This document shows, piece after piece, positions 63,639 through 64,000 of a DNA stretch of 64,000 nt. Positions within the stretch are counted from its first letter, which is position 1; each line of letters begins with the position of its first letter. Source of the DNA: Squalus acanthias (taxonomy: Eukaryota). Location of the stretch: contig CM059438.1 in NCBI GenBank assembly GCA_030390025.1, positions 69,566,001 to 69,630,000 of the forward strand, written 5' to 3'. A model generated the notes under the pieces. The model ran no database searches. It saw only the letters and a list, made by a program, of their open reading frames with translations, and was not told where the DNA came from. The position numbers and the translations under genes were made by a program.

Positions 63639-64000
63639 TACATATATTGAATGTTATTTTGCAGAAGACTACACTGCAGCAGAACCAACTTGCGCTGTGT
63701 GCACACTGCCTCTGGCAGCTATCGGAAATGCATTCCAGATAGGCTTTCAGAGCTGGCTATTTTTGAAATTTGTACACCTTTCTTAAATTTAAAGCCTGCC
63801 TGGAAAAATCTCATAACATGACAACACCTCTCCTTGTCTGGTTTTTGAGTTCATTTCTCAGGAAAGCTCGGAGCAATCTTCCCCCAAAATTCCCCAAAGC
63901 CACCATTATCCACACCTCACAACTAATGTTGTCTTCCAGCAGGGGATCTGTCTTCCACAGCATGACCTTTTCTGAAGCAGTTTTGACTAACATTAATCTC

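Noticed and set aside
63811..63993. 60-aa minus ORF at the window edge
   Set aside because: No recognisable homology; cannot be evaluated without flanking sequence.

Overview
Eukaryotic, repeat-dominated DNA whose repeat types point to a cartilaginous fish (shark). I found no host protein-coding exon, RNA gene or CRISPR array; the window reads as intronic or intergenic. All recognisable ORFs are retroelement remnants. These are CR1 LINEs (two long inverted sister copies at 28577-32513 and 42269-46067, with esterase ORF1 and RT), L2, RTE, a second CR1/L2-group LINE family, and Penelope-like elements (RT plus GIY-YIG). Non-coding repeats include Deu-domain SINEs, an unclassified tRNA-headed SINE, several PIF/Harbinger-like MITE families with 3-bp TSDs, and a 1.14-kb solo LTR with a 4-bp TSD. 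Highlights: (1) minimal hammerhead ribozyme motifs in the Penelope terminal repeats, two with intact cores; (2) TSD-flanked inverted pLTR mini-elements; (3) a MITE family carrying an NRF1-like motif and several perfect splice donors; (4) an extended MITE target preference; (5) a four-level nested insertion; (6) two CR1 copies sharing an inactivating deletion; (7) an RTE with a 5' inversion; (8) local inverted duplications. Repeat boundaries without TSD support are approximate, read by eye.
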